Below, one piece after another: positions 26,094 to 33,943 of a stretch of 33,943 nucleotides of DNA (position 1 is the stretch's first letter; each line of letters opens with the position of its first letter). The notes beneath the pieces were generated by a model that was given only the letters and a program-made list of their open reading frames with translations, was not told where the DNA came from and did no database searches. The DNA is from Hadesarchaea archaeon (lineage in GTDB: Archaea > Hadarchaeota > Hadarchaeia > Hadarchaeales > Hadarchaeaceae), in NCBI GenBank assembly GCA_004375695.1, contig SOKQ01000031.1, positions 1 through 33,943 of the forward strand. Direction: 5' to 3'. The position numbers and the translations under genes were made by a program.

Positions 26094-26789
26094 GTGAAGC
26101 GCTTCACTGCAATAAAAATTTTGGTTATTTTTGCAATTTTAGGTATTTCAACTGCTTTATTGCTCCAAGTGATTCCGGAGCAAGAACAAAACCCTGCTGA
26201 CATCGCTAGGCTCCCCCCCATTCATGAATCGGGCACTCCCATCACGCTTCAAGAGGCTAGGGCCAAAGCCCCATTTCTCCTCGTGCCCACGTATTTGCCG
26301 GAGGGTCTCTCGCTGAGAAGGGTGACAGGGTCTCGAGGGCTTATAAGCCTTCTTCAGGAGAATGATGATTTATATGGTAGTGAATATGGTATGATCCGCC
26401 TCCTTTACTCGGATCGACCAATAACCATACTCCCACTGGATCCCTCTGCGGTGAATAAATACCCGGCCGCAGCGAAGCTAGCGGTAATAGTAAACATAGA
26501 AATTGGCGAGGTACCTGATGAAAATTGGGTACGTGACTTCGTCGCTTATTGGAACCAACAAGAAGGTTCCGCTGGAAAGGATGTCTTCGAGGTCGTTGAG
26601 GTCCGAGGGACGGTGGGGATCGGCACGGACCTCGGCCACGTGAACAAGTTCAGCGATGGATACGAGGAGCCCGTACCCGCAACCGTGATTTGGTGGAAAA
26701 ACAACTTAAAGTTTGAAGTCAGGGGCATGCTCCCACTCAAAGAACTTCTTAAAATCGCTGAATCATTGGAACCTCTAGAGACATCTTAA
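26094..26789 (+). CDS. Membrane-anchored extracellular protein, DUF4367/LolA-RseB-like, copy 2
   Basis: Paralog of 24859-25542 with clustered substitutions and in-frame indels. Confidence 0.75.
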   Translation: MKRFTAIKILVIFAILGISTALLLQVIPEQEQNPADIARLPPIHESGTPITLQEARAKAPFLLVPTYLPEGLSLRRVTGSRGLISLLQENDDLYGSEYGMIRLLYSDRPITILPLDPSAVNKYPAAAKLAVIVNIEIGEVPDENWVRDFVAYWNQQEGSAGKDVFEVVEVRGTVGIGTDLGHVNKFSDGYEEPVPATVIWWKNNLKFEVRGMLPLKELLKIAESLEPLETS

Positions 26790-26914
26790 ATCTTCCGTTA
26801 ACGGCTTTTGTTTCATTTCCGGGAGATAAACGAAGGTCAAAATTTCTATGCTGAGCGTTATCAGTCCTATCCACAGTTTTTTGTCCGGTTCAGTTCGGAC
26901 ATTACCTCTAAGTT

Positions 26915-27039
26915 TTTAACAATAATAAACAAATTCTAACGATACATTACAATATAAAGTTAACTGATATTAACAAAAAATAACCCAAACTTTACTAAAA
27001 ATTAACAAAAAGGCTGGCAATCTTTGTTAGAATTTGTAA
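26915..27039. repeat. Phased TAAC array copy C
   Basis: Nearly identical to copy B up to the 20-bp core, diverging after 27032. Confidence 0.8.
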
Positions 27040-27065
27040 ATTTATAAAAAGTCATTGAGATACGT

Positions 27066-28085
27066 CTAGCAAATTCTAGGTGCTGGGTCCCCGATTGGCG
27101 ACTCCAGCAGGCGCCGTCCGCCGACAACAGTTTCAAGCATAACGTCGCCGGGGTGGTCAGTTGTCGTTACTTCCCCTATCACACACGCTTCCTTCCCGTA
27201 CCTTGTTTTTCGAATTGCGGCGAGGACATCGTCACAGCGCCCGGATTCAACCCCGATTATGGCTTTTCCCTCGTTCGTTATCTGGAGCGGGTCTATGCCG
27301 AGCATCTCGCTCATCGATCTGACTGCGGGCAGGAGGGGGATATCGGCTTCTCTTACAAGTATCCCGACATTTGCCTTCGAGGCCATATCGTTGAGCGCGG
27401 CTGCCAAGCCTCCGCGAGTTGGGTCCTTCATCGCCGTTATTCCACCGACTTTTAGTGCGGTTTCGATAGTCCCCCAAATAGGCGCGATGTCCGAGCGGAG
27501 GTCGACATCGGCACCAATGCCCTCCCGGTGGGCCAAAATCGTAATGCCGTGGTCTCCGATGGTCCCCGTTGTAATGATTTTGTCTCCTGGCTTGAGTCCG
27601 TGGTCGGTCACCAAAGTTTCAGCCACGCCAATTCCCGTACTTGTAAGCACCACACCGTCGAGCGCGCCCCGTTCCATCACCTTTGTGTCACCGGTTATAA
27701 TTGGGACTTTCGCCTCTCTCGCGGTGGCGTCTATCGATCTACAAATTTTTCGGAAATCTTCAACCAAAAATCCCTCCTCAAGCACGATTGCACAGGCCAT
27801 CGCGAGCGGTCGAGCCCCCATCACCGCGAGGTCGTTGACGGTGCCTGCGATTGCGAGCCTGCCAATGTCCCCACCAGGGAAGAAAAGCGGCTTGATGGCG
27901 TGGGAATCGGTCGTCAGCACGAGGGTTTTATCACCAATCGATATCGTAGCGCCGTCGTCAAGCTCGTCAAGTCCTATTTCTCCCGCGCGCTTCAGTGAGA
28001 GCTCCTTGAGAGCGACGTCCACGATGAGTTTCATCATCGCCTTGCCGCCAGCACCGTGGGCTAGCGAGATTTTTTCGTCCGACGT
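27066..28085 (-). CDS. hypE: Hydrogenase maturation protein HypE, probable ACG start
   Basis: ISLAHGAGG upstream of the first ATG; GTVNDL, GDTKV and DPTRGGL motifs; C-terminal PRIC. Confidence 0.92.
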   Translation of the reverse strand, partial: TSDEKISLAHGAGGKAMMKLIVDVALKELSLKRAGEIGLDELDDGATISIGDKTLVLTTDSHAIKPLFFPGGDIGRLAIAGTVNDLAVMGARPLAMACAIVLEEGFLVEDFRKICRSIDATAREAKVPIITGDTKVMERGALDGVVLTSTGIGVAETLVTDHGLKPGDKIITTGTIGDHGITILAHREGIGADVDLRSDIAPIWGTIETALKVGGITAMKDPTRGGLAAALNDMASKANVGILVREADIPLLPAVRSMSEMLGIDPLQITNEGKAIIGVESGRCDDVLAAIRKTRYGKEACVIGEVTTTDHPGDVMLETVVGGRRLLESPIGDPAPRIC

Positions 28086-28453
28086 TTTTGCACCCCTTTC
28101 TTTTCCAGTTTTACATCAACGATTTCAAGTTCCTGACCCGAAGTGAGGGACAGTTCATGCCCGCCGCATTTTGGGCAGGGGATTCCTAGCTCGGGTTGGG
28201 GAATGTGGGTATCAATGGAGCTAGCGTTGCCCACGTATCCGCATTCACATTTAATCGTAATCGGCACTCGGGAGATGTTAAATTTTGTTAGGTTGAATTC
28301 ATCCCCCCCTAGTTTATTTAACCATAACTGCAGGGAGTTCGGCTCGTTTATCTCGCCCACCCGCAGGTTCACTTCCAGCACCCGCGCATCGTGCTCGGTC
28401 GCTATCCGACGGACGGCTTTTAACACACGCGTCGTGAGTTCGATTTCATGCAC
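28061..28453 (-). CDS. hypA: Hydrogenase nickel chaperone HypA
   Basis: GTG-HE start (MHE motif), C.CG and CPKCG Zn ligands, G.EL.I end. Confidence 0.88.
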   Translation of the reverse strand: MHEIELTTRVLKAVRRIATEHDARVLEVNLRVGEINEPNSLQLWLNKLGGDEFNLTKFNISRVPITIKCECGYVGNASSIDTHIPQPELGIPCPKCGGHELSLTSGQELEIVDVKLEKKGVQKRRTKKSR

Positions 28454-28673
28454 CGCTTTCACCCGCAGCGACCTCTTCCCACGCGCTGAGTATCTCTTTT
28501 GCCTTTGTCTCGTCGAGAATCTGGATCGCATACCCGGCATGGACGAGCACGTAGTCGCCATTGCGTACGTTCCTGAGTAAGTCCAGCTTAACCTCCCGCC
28601 GCGTACCACCGAAGTCAACGGTCGCAATTTGCTCTTCAATTTTCAACACTTTACCTGGAATCGCGAGGCACAT
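28446..28673 (-). CDS. hypC: Hydrogenase chaperone HypC
   Basis: MCLAIPGKV and GDYVLVHAGYAI motifs. Confidence 0.96.
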   Translation of the reverse strand: MCLAIPGKVLKIEEQIATVDFGGTRREVKLDLLRNVRNGDYVLVHAGYAIQILDETKAKEILSAWEEVAAGESGA

Positions 28674-28737
28674 TCGGCTTCCCCTTCAGCCATTTTAATT
28701 AGATTAACCTTTTCAATGCTTATGGAGTTTATGTATT

Positions 28738-29442
28738 ATGATTTTCATGCCGGCGAAGTTCGACTTCCACACCCACACGCTTTACTCGGACGGCGCGGGC
28801 ACAGTCGCGTCGATGGTCGAGGCAGCGGAGGCGCGGGGATTGAAAGCTGTTGCCCTCACCGACCACGGGTTCGAGCTGAGCATGGGCATCCCTCGAGAGA
28901 AACTAGCCCCCATGCTGCAGGACATTGGGATCGCGCGCGAAGACGCGGGAATCCAAGTGCTGGCTGGACTCGAGGCAAATGTGGTGGACGAGTGGGGAAC
29001 GATCGATGTCGACGACGAGTCCATCCGAAAGCTCGATATCTTGTTGGTCGCCATCCACAAGCTGGGGGAGGCAAGGGACCCATCCGAGCTCGCCAGGGAT
29101 TACCTGAGGAGGGCGACGAACGCGATTGAGCGCCATAAGTTTGACGTTTTTGTGCATCCGTTTTATTTTCATCACTACTTAGCACCCCACCTTTTACCGG
29201 AAGATCTCGAGGATTTCGTGAGGCTCGCGGCTGGGCACGAGGTCGCTATAGAGATCAACATAAAATACCGGACACCCGATGAGGAGTTCTTGAGGCTCTG
29301 CTTGCGCGAGGGGGTCAAGCTGAGCGTGGGGACCGATGCCCACACTGCGGGTGAGGTGGGGCGAGTTGATTGGGCACTTGGGGTACTCAGGCGCGTAGGG
29401 GCGAGGCGCGAAGACCTAATCTTGGGTCGCTTCTTGCGGTGA
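28738..29442 (+). CDS. PHP-domain phosphoesterase (YcdX-like)
   Basis: DFHTHT.YSDG, LTDH, G.EAN, EIN and GTDAH motifs; start may be 28747. Confidence 0.88.
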   Translation: MIFMPAKFDFHTHTLYSDGAGTVASMVEAAEARGLKAVALTDHGFELSMGIPREKLAPMLQDIGIAREDAGIQVLAGLEANVVDEWGTIDVDDESIRKLDILLVAIHKLGEARDPSELARDYLRRATNAIERHKFDVFVHPFYFHHYLAPHLLPEDLEDFVRLAAGHEVAIEINIKYRTPDEEFLRLCLREGVKLSVGTDAHTAGEVGRVDWALGVLRRVGARREDLILGRFLR

Positions 29443-29446
29443 TTAA

Positions 29447-29923
29447 TTGATTAACCTCCGCTCATTCCTCAAAGGTGCGAGCCGGGTGGCAATCGTAGGC
29501 ATCGGCAGCGACATGCGCGGGGACGATGTCGCGGGTATTGAAGTCGTGCGAAGGCTACGGCGCAAGCTCGAGTCGTCGAAGGTTCTTTTGATAGAAGGAG
29601 GCGTGACGCCGGAAAACTTCACTAGGGAGATAAGGAAATTCAAGCCAACACATGTGCTGTTAATCGATGCAACGGATTTCGGTTCCAAGCCGGGTGATAT
29701 CGTTCTAGCCGAGCCTGAGGCAATCGTCGGCCAATCGATCTCGACCCATACACTACCGCTTTCTATCCTCGCGGGCTACCTGCAAGAACAAACGGGAGCA
29801 AAAATAATGCTTCTAGGAATTCAACCTGCACGGGCGCAGATGGGTGCGGAGATGAGCGAGCCGGTAAAGGATGCAATCGAGAGGGTTAAAGAAGCTTTGA
29901 TGATGGAACTTGGCTCACTATAG
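29447..29923 (+). CDS. hycI: Hydrogenase maturation endopeptidase HycI
   Basis: GIGSDMRGDD.AG, TPENF, IDA.D and STHTLPL motifs. Confidence 0.92.
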   Translation: MINLRSFLKGASRVAIVGIGSDMRGDDVAGIEVVRRLRRKLESSKVLLIEGGVTPENFTREIRKFKPTHVLLIDATDFGSKPGDIVLAEPEAIVGQSISTHTLPLSILAGYLQEQTGAKIMLLGIQPARAQMGAEMSEPVKDAIERVKEALMMELGSL

Positions 29924-29967
29924 CTCACTCGGCGCGACATACTTGTATCATTCTGAGCTATCTTGAT

Positions 29968-30273
29968 TTATCGCAGAGTGGTGAACTCGAACTCCTTGGT
30001 CATGGTAATTGCACGCGCAGGGCAGACCTCGGCGCACTCGCCACAGAAGATGCATCGCCCTAGCCATATGCTTGGCTTTTTTGTCTCCTTGCTGATGGTT
30101 ATCGCTCGGGCTGGACAAGTCCGAATACAGAGCCAGCAGCTGATACATCGCTCTGGATCGACGACCGGTCGCCCGCGATAGCCCTTAGGCGGCTCCACCC
30201 GCACTTGAGGATACTTCACCGTTGCAGGCTTGCGGAGCAGGTTCCGGAGCACTTGGGGCAATATCCGAGGCAT
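29968..30273 (-). CDS. Hydrogenase 2x[4Fe-4S] subunit (MbhN/NuoI-like)
   Basis: KPAT.KYP, CISCWLCIRTCP and CIFCGECAEVCP motifs. Confidence 0.9.
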   Translation of the reverse strand: MPRILPQVLRNLLRKPATVKYPQVRVEPPKGYRGRPVVDPERCISCWLCIRTCPARAITISKETKKPSIWLGRCIFCGECAEVCPARAITMTKEFEFTTLR

Positions 30274-31223
30274 TAGGGCACCACCAAGACGAGCACTAAG
30301 CTGATTATCGCGAGCAGCGTGGCGGATGTCCAGTAGAACTTGAGAGCTTGGTCGATGCGCAGGCGGGCCATGATGTTTCTGAGGGTCGTCGTCAGCAGCA
30401 CAATCGCGAGGGTTTTGATGAGAAAATCGACTATGCTCGGGATTTGGACGCCGCCGATTACGTAAGCTGTGGGGCCACCTAAGAAGAGGGCGGCAAACAG
30501 GCCAGCGACCACAATCGTTTCGACATCATAGGCGAGGCGCCAGATCGCGAGTTTCGGGCCTGAGTATTCGGTCAGCGATCCGTGCACGATCTCGCTTTCG
30601 GCCTCTGGGATGTCAAATGGCACACGAAGGAGCTTGCCTTGGATGGCCACCAGCGCAGCGATTGCCGCGGGCAGGAGACGCCAATCAAGGATGAGCCACC
30701 CCTGCTGAGCTTGATAGTTTACAATCGTTGGCAGGCCTAAGGACCCAACCCTAACTACAGCAACTAGGATCGCGATGATAAACACGAACTCGTAGCCGAA
30801 GAGCTGGGCGACGTGGCGCCCAGCCCCGGTCGCACCGAACGGGCTCCCCGAGGAGTAGCCCCCCAGCATCATACATATAGCCGGGATGTTGAGCAGGTAG
30901 ATGATGACGATCAGGTCCGCGACCATCGTTAGGGTAGGTTGAGGTGAGCTGACAGGGATCAGGAGCATCACGGTTACTGCTGCCCCCAGCGCAACTAACG
31001 GCGCGGCAGTGAATATTGGCGACTGCGCGGCTCCAGGCGTGATGTCTTCCTTGCTAAGTAGTTTGCCGACGTCCAAGAACTCCTGCCATATTGGGGGCCC
31101 TATGCGGTTCTGCATGTGTCCTGTCACCTTTCGGTCGATTCCAATGTAGAGCAATCCGATGAGGGAGGCGAAGAGAAGTCCCGGGAAGACGAGGGAGCCG
31201 AGAATGAAACTTAGGACTTCCAT
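30273..31223 (-). CDS. Hydrogenase membrane subunit (MbhM/NuoH-like)
   Basis: DRKV...MQNRIGPP, PFDIPEAESEI and RLRIDQ motifs; TGATG coupling to the large subunit. Confidence 0.92.
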   Translation of the reverse strand: MEVLSFILGSLVFPGLLFASLIGLLYIGIDRKVTGHMQNRIGPPIWQEFLDVGKLLSKEDITPGAAQSPIFTAAPLVALGAAVTVMLLIPVSSPQPTLTMVADLIVIIYLLNIPAICMMLGGYSSGSPFGATGAGRHVAQLFGYEFVFIIAILVAVVRVGSLGLPTIVNYQAQQGWLILDWRLLPAAIAALVAIQGKLLRVPFDIPEAESEIVHGSLTEYSGPKLAIWRLAYDVETIVVAGLFAALFLGGPTAYVIGGVQIPSIVDFLIKTLAIVLLTTTLRNIMARLRIDQALKFYWTSATLLAIISLVLVLVVP

Positions 31224-32374
31224 CAATGGCGCCACTTCCTGAGTTCCTTCAGGGACAAGTTGAAGGTCTTACCTGTGTGCGAGTCCACCAGCGCGACGCG
31301 GTCATTGCAAGCGAAGCAGGGGTCTATGCTCCATATCACGATTGGAATTTCGGCCACGGTGCCGCCGAGGAACATGCGTTTTATCGAGGCGAAATTAGCG
31401 CAGGTGGGCGTCCGCACGTGCACGCGCTCAGGACTATCGGTGCCGTTCGAGAGGGCGTAATAGAAAAGCTCGCCCCGTGGAGCCTCTGTCCGCTCGATCG
31501 CTTCATTCCTCGGGATTTCTAGATTGACTTTGATTCGAATGGGGCCGATTGGCATTTCCTTTACTGCTTGACGCACGATGTGGATTGCTTCCAAAATTTC
31601 TCGCAGCCTGACCATGCTCTTCGCCCAGACGTCTCCCTCCCGCTCGGTGATGACATTGAAGGAGAGCTTGTCGTAGATGGCGTAGGGGTGGTCCCTTCGA
31701 ATATCGGTATCGACCCCGGATGCGCGTGCGAGGGGTCCAACAGCGCAGAACTTCCTCGCATCATCCTTCGTTAATATCCCGACGTTAGTGCAACGCGCCA
31801 AGATCGTGCGGTCGGAGTTGAAAAGATCGATGTAATACTTGGTAGAGTGCTCGAGCTCATCTAGCCCGCGCAGGATTGTCGGCACGTGCTCTGGCTTCAC
31901 ATCCCTTCGAACCCCCCCGATGGTGTTGGTAGCAGACGTAACGCGATTGCCTGATATGATTTCCCGCAGGTCCATGACACGCTCGCGGTCCCGCCATGCT
32001 AGCATGAAAAGCGTGTTGAAGCCGATTTGGTGGGCAGCGATTCCGAGCCATAAGAGGTGGCTGTGGATGCGCTCAAGCTCGAGAATAATCACTCGGATAT
32101 ACTTCGCCCGCTCTGGGGGTTCGACTCCCGCAAGCTGCTCTATCGCTTGGCAGTAGGTCGTCGTGTGCACTACGTTGCAGATGCCGCAGATTCGCTCTAT
32201 TAGGTAGACATCGTGCTTATAGTCGCGTCGTTGAAGCGCCTCCTCGATTCCTCGGTGCACGTAGCCGAAACGGATGTCGACATCGGCGATTTCCTCCCCT
32301 TTGACCTCAAACCTGAAGAACGCGGGCTCTTTGAGCGCGGGGTGCTGTGGACCGATTGGAACGATGAATGTCAT
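31223..32374 (-). CDS. Group 4 [NiFe] hydrogenase large subunit (MbhL-like)
   Basis: GPQHP; L1 ERICGICNVVH; L2 DPCFAC followed by a cleavable C-terminal extension. Confidence 0.93.
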   Translation of the reverse strand: MTFIVPIGPQHPALKEPAFFRFEVKGEEIADVDIRFGYVHRGIEEALQRRDYKHDVYLIERICGICNVVHTTTYCQAIEQLAGVEPPERAKYIRVIILELERIHSHLLWLGIAAHQIGFNTLFMLAWRDRERVMDLREIISGNRVTSATNTIGGVRRDVKPEHVPTILRGLDELEHSTKYYIDLFNSDRTILARCTNVGILTKDDARKFCAVGPLARASGVDTDIRRDHPYAIYDKLSFNVITEREGDVWAKSMVRLREILEAIHIVRQAVKEMPIGPIRIKVNLEIPRNEAIERTEAPRGELFYYALSNGTDSPERVHVRTPTCANFASIKRMFLGGTVAEIPIVIWSIDPCFACNDRVALVDSHTGKTFNLSLKELRKWRH

Positions 32375-32799
32375 TTTGTCTTTTCCCTCCACTCCTTACG
32401 TAATGGATACTCACCATCGGGCCAGTCGTCGGGCAAGAAAATCCGCCTCGGATCGGGGTGGCCCTCAACTTTCACGCCGAACATCTCCATGAGTTCGCGC
32501 TCATACAGAATCGCTCCCGGGAAGATGTCGGTTATGGTTGGGATTCTGAGCTCATTTTTCGGCAGGTTAATTTTCAGGTTGAGCAAGGCGGGACGGCAAT
32601 CGAAGTGATAGATGACTTCAACAGTTTTGCCTTGGTCGACCCCCGTAATTGTGAAAATGTGTTGAATGTCTTGAGTTCTTAACGCGAGCATGGCTTCACG
32701 ATACCGCTGTTTGTCGGTTGTGGCGAAGAGGCATTCATCCTTTATCTTGATTTCGTCGACATGATCTTTAATCAGGGTTGTGACTTCCTTCGCGTTCAT
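32371..32799 (-). CDS. Hydrogenase subunit MbhK/NuoC-like
   Basis: ITGVD, YERELMEMFG...GHPDPRR and YPLRK motifs. Confidence 0.9.
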   Translation of the reverse strand: MNAKEVTTLIKDHVDEIKIKDECLFATTDKQRYREAMLALRTQDIQHIFTITGVDQGKTVEVIYHFDCRPALLNLKINLPKNELRIPTITDIFPGAILYERELMEMFGVKVEGHPDPRRIFLPDDWPDGEYPLRKEWREKTK

Positions 32800-32802
32800 T
32801 TT

Positions 32803-33216
32803 TCACACCTTCCCCAATACTTTCAAAATTCCATAAATCATGGCTTCGGGCTTGGGCGGGCAACCTGGCACGTAGGCGCTGACGGGCACGTGCTTGTCGA
32901 GCGGCCACACGACATTGTAGCAGTCGTGGTACACGCTGCCAGATGCCGGGCAGGAGCCGATTGCAATGACGGACTTCGGCTCGGGCATCTGCTCATAAAT
33001 ACGGATGATCCGATCTTTCGCTTGCCTCGTTATGGGACCGGTGACGACTAAGATGTCGGCATGTCTGGGAGAGCCTCGGAGCTGGATGCCAAAGCGCTCG
33101 AGGTCGTAGCGAGGGGTGAGCGCTGCAACCAACTCGATATCGCACCCGGCGCAACCTCCCGTGTTAAAGTGAATAAGCCAAGGCGATTTTTTCCTACATA
33201 ATCGGATTAGTCCCAT
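32803..33216 (-). CDS. Hydrogenase small subunit (MbhJ/NuoB-like)
   Basis: GGCAGCDIE, SPRHAD, IGSC and VPGCPP motifs; start set to ATG 33216. Confidence 0.92.
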   Translation of the reverse strand: MGLIRLCRKKSPWLIHFNTGGCAGCDIELVAALTPRYDLERFGIQLRGSPRHADILVVTGPITRQAKDRIIRIYEQMPEPKSVIAIGSCPASGSVYHDCYNVVWPLDKHVPVSAYVPGCPPKPEAMIYGILKVLGKV

Positions 33217-33220
33217 GAGT

Positions 33221-33574
33221 TCACCCCAACACCACCGCGATTGCTGCAAGGATGGTGATTAGGCCGACCACCACCCAGAAGAGGTAGGTGTTCAAGATGC
33301 CAGTGTGCTCAGGACGCACATAGCGGTAAAATGGTCTGAAGACGCGACGGATGGGCGAGAAAAACTGCTCGCTGTCCGCGTGGACCTCTTCCGCCTTAAG
33401 AGTCTCACCACAGGCATAGGTTTGGATTTTTTGGGCGGTGGGTTTTGCTTTCGTGATTCTTCGCCCACCGATTAGGATGAGCCATGTTACCGCGGTGATG
33501 AGCAAGAGCGCGGCTGTCGCAACGATGGGCCCCCAGAACCCAGGCCCGAACAACACCGGTTCAGGTACCATCAT
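33221..33574 (-). CDS. Small membrane subunit (MbhI-like)
   Basis: TM helix, K..TYACGE, HTG.LN.YL.W, TM helix; ATGA overlap with the upstream gene. Confidence 0.85.
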   Translation of the reverse strand: MMVPEPVLFGPGFWGPIVATAALLLITAVTWLILIGGRRITKAKPTAQKIQTYACGETLKAEEVHADSEQFFSPIRRVFRPFYRYVRPEHTGILNTYLFWVVVGLITILAAIAVVLG

Positions 33575-33943
33575 GCACCACCCAACACCGCACTTATGTA
33601 GCCGCTCGAGTTCATCAGGGCTTCTTGCGCGGGACGCACCAAGTCTATCCCAAGCTGCGGGAGCACCCCGAACACCACACACAGCACCGCGAGTAGCATG
33701 ATGGGGAGCAGCATTGACCGTGGGGTTTCTTTCACGTCCTTCAGGTGCGCCGGTCGCTGTCCGAGGAAGATTGAGTTGAGCGCCTTCAGGAAGTAGGCGA
33801 GCGTCAGGGCACTCGTGATGAGGGCGATGATGGTGAACACGGGCTGTCCTGCCTCGATGCCGGCCACGTAGATTGTCCACTTGCTCGCGAACCCGTTGAA
33901 GGGAGGCACCCCCGAAATCGCAAGGGCGCCCACCACGAACAGT
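33571..33943 (-). CDS. Antiporter-like membrane subunit (MbhH/MrpD-like), 3' part, truncated by window end
   Basis: GALAISGVPPFNGFASKW and FLG......VKE.P..M motifs. Confidence 0.88.
   Translation of the reverse strand, partial: LFVVGALAISGVPPFNGFASKWTIYVAGIEAGQPVFTIIALITSALTLAYFLKALNSIFLGQRPAHLKDVKETPRSMLLPIMLLAVLCVVFGVLPQLGIDLVRPAQEALMNSSGYISAVLGGA

Larger units (their letters stand above)
24532..27032 (+). repeat. Tandem duplication of ~1.24 kb units (24532-25766 and 25767-27012) bounded by a 20-bp core GCTGGCAATCTTTGTTAGAA
   Basis: Core at 24532, 25767 and 27013; non-coding parts of the two units are nearly identical. Confidence 0.93.

Noticed and set aside
24859-26789. Diversity-generating retroelement template/variable repeat pair
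   Set aside because: Differences involve all four bases and in-frame indels, both copies are full genes, and no reverse transcriptase is present.
24436-27039. AT-rich repeats as a CRISPR array
   Set aside because: The motifs are about 4-6 bp with a 10-11 bp period; there are no 25-40 bp repeats with unique spacers.
27259-28146. 295-aa plus-strand ORF and other long antisense ORFs (e.g. 8514-9140, 18185-18766, 22992-23534)
   Set aside because: These are shadow ORFs opposite well-supported genes and show no recognisable motifs.

Overview
Archaeal chromosomal window, about 50% GC by eye. Gene content and order (dph2-csl4-rpoL, pcna-priL-priS-gins-L44e-S27e-aIF2a-nop10, EndoQ, Mbh-type hydrogenase) resemble Thermococcales/Hadarchaeota; the lineage is an inference. 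Most of the window is housekeeping: tRNA-Thr(CGU), replication, repair and translation genes, ferredoxin plus geranylgeranyl reductase, AspRS, Alba, hypCAE, hycI and the 3' half of a group 4 [NiFe] hydrogenase operon. Three regions stand out. (1) At 22.3-27.05 kb, a minus-strand module encodes a MerR/Xis-type HTH-HNH-wHTH fusion, an ExeA/TnsC-like AAA+ ATPase ending in a MinD-like amphipathic helix, and a small HTH protein. Its promoter sits in a helically phased (~10-11 bp) TAAC array. That array occurs three times and brackets a ~1.24 kb tandem duplication of a surface-protein gene whose coding region has diverged more than its flanks. (2) An AT-rich insert between pcna and priL encodes a LamG-like plus HEPN (Rx4H) protein, preceded by a possible cas1 3' remnant. 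(3) A tRNA-Ser-like 3' fragment with an inverted repeat at the left edge looks like an att junction. All functional calls come from motif recognition by eye; no searches were run.
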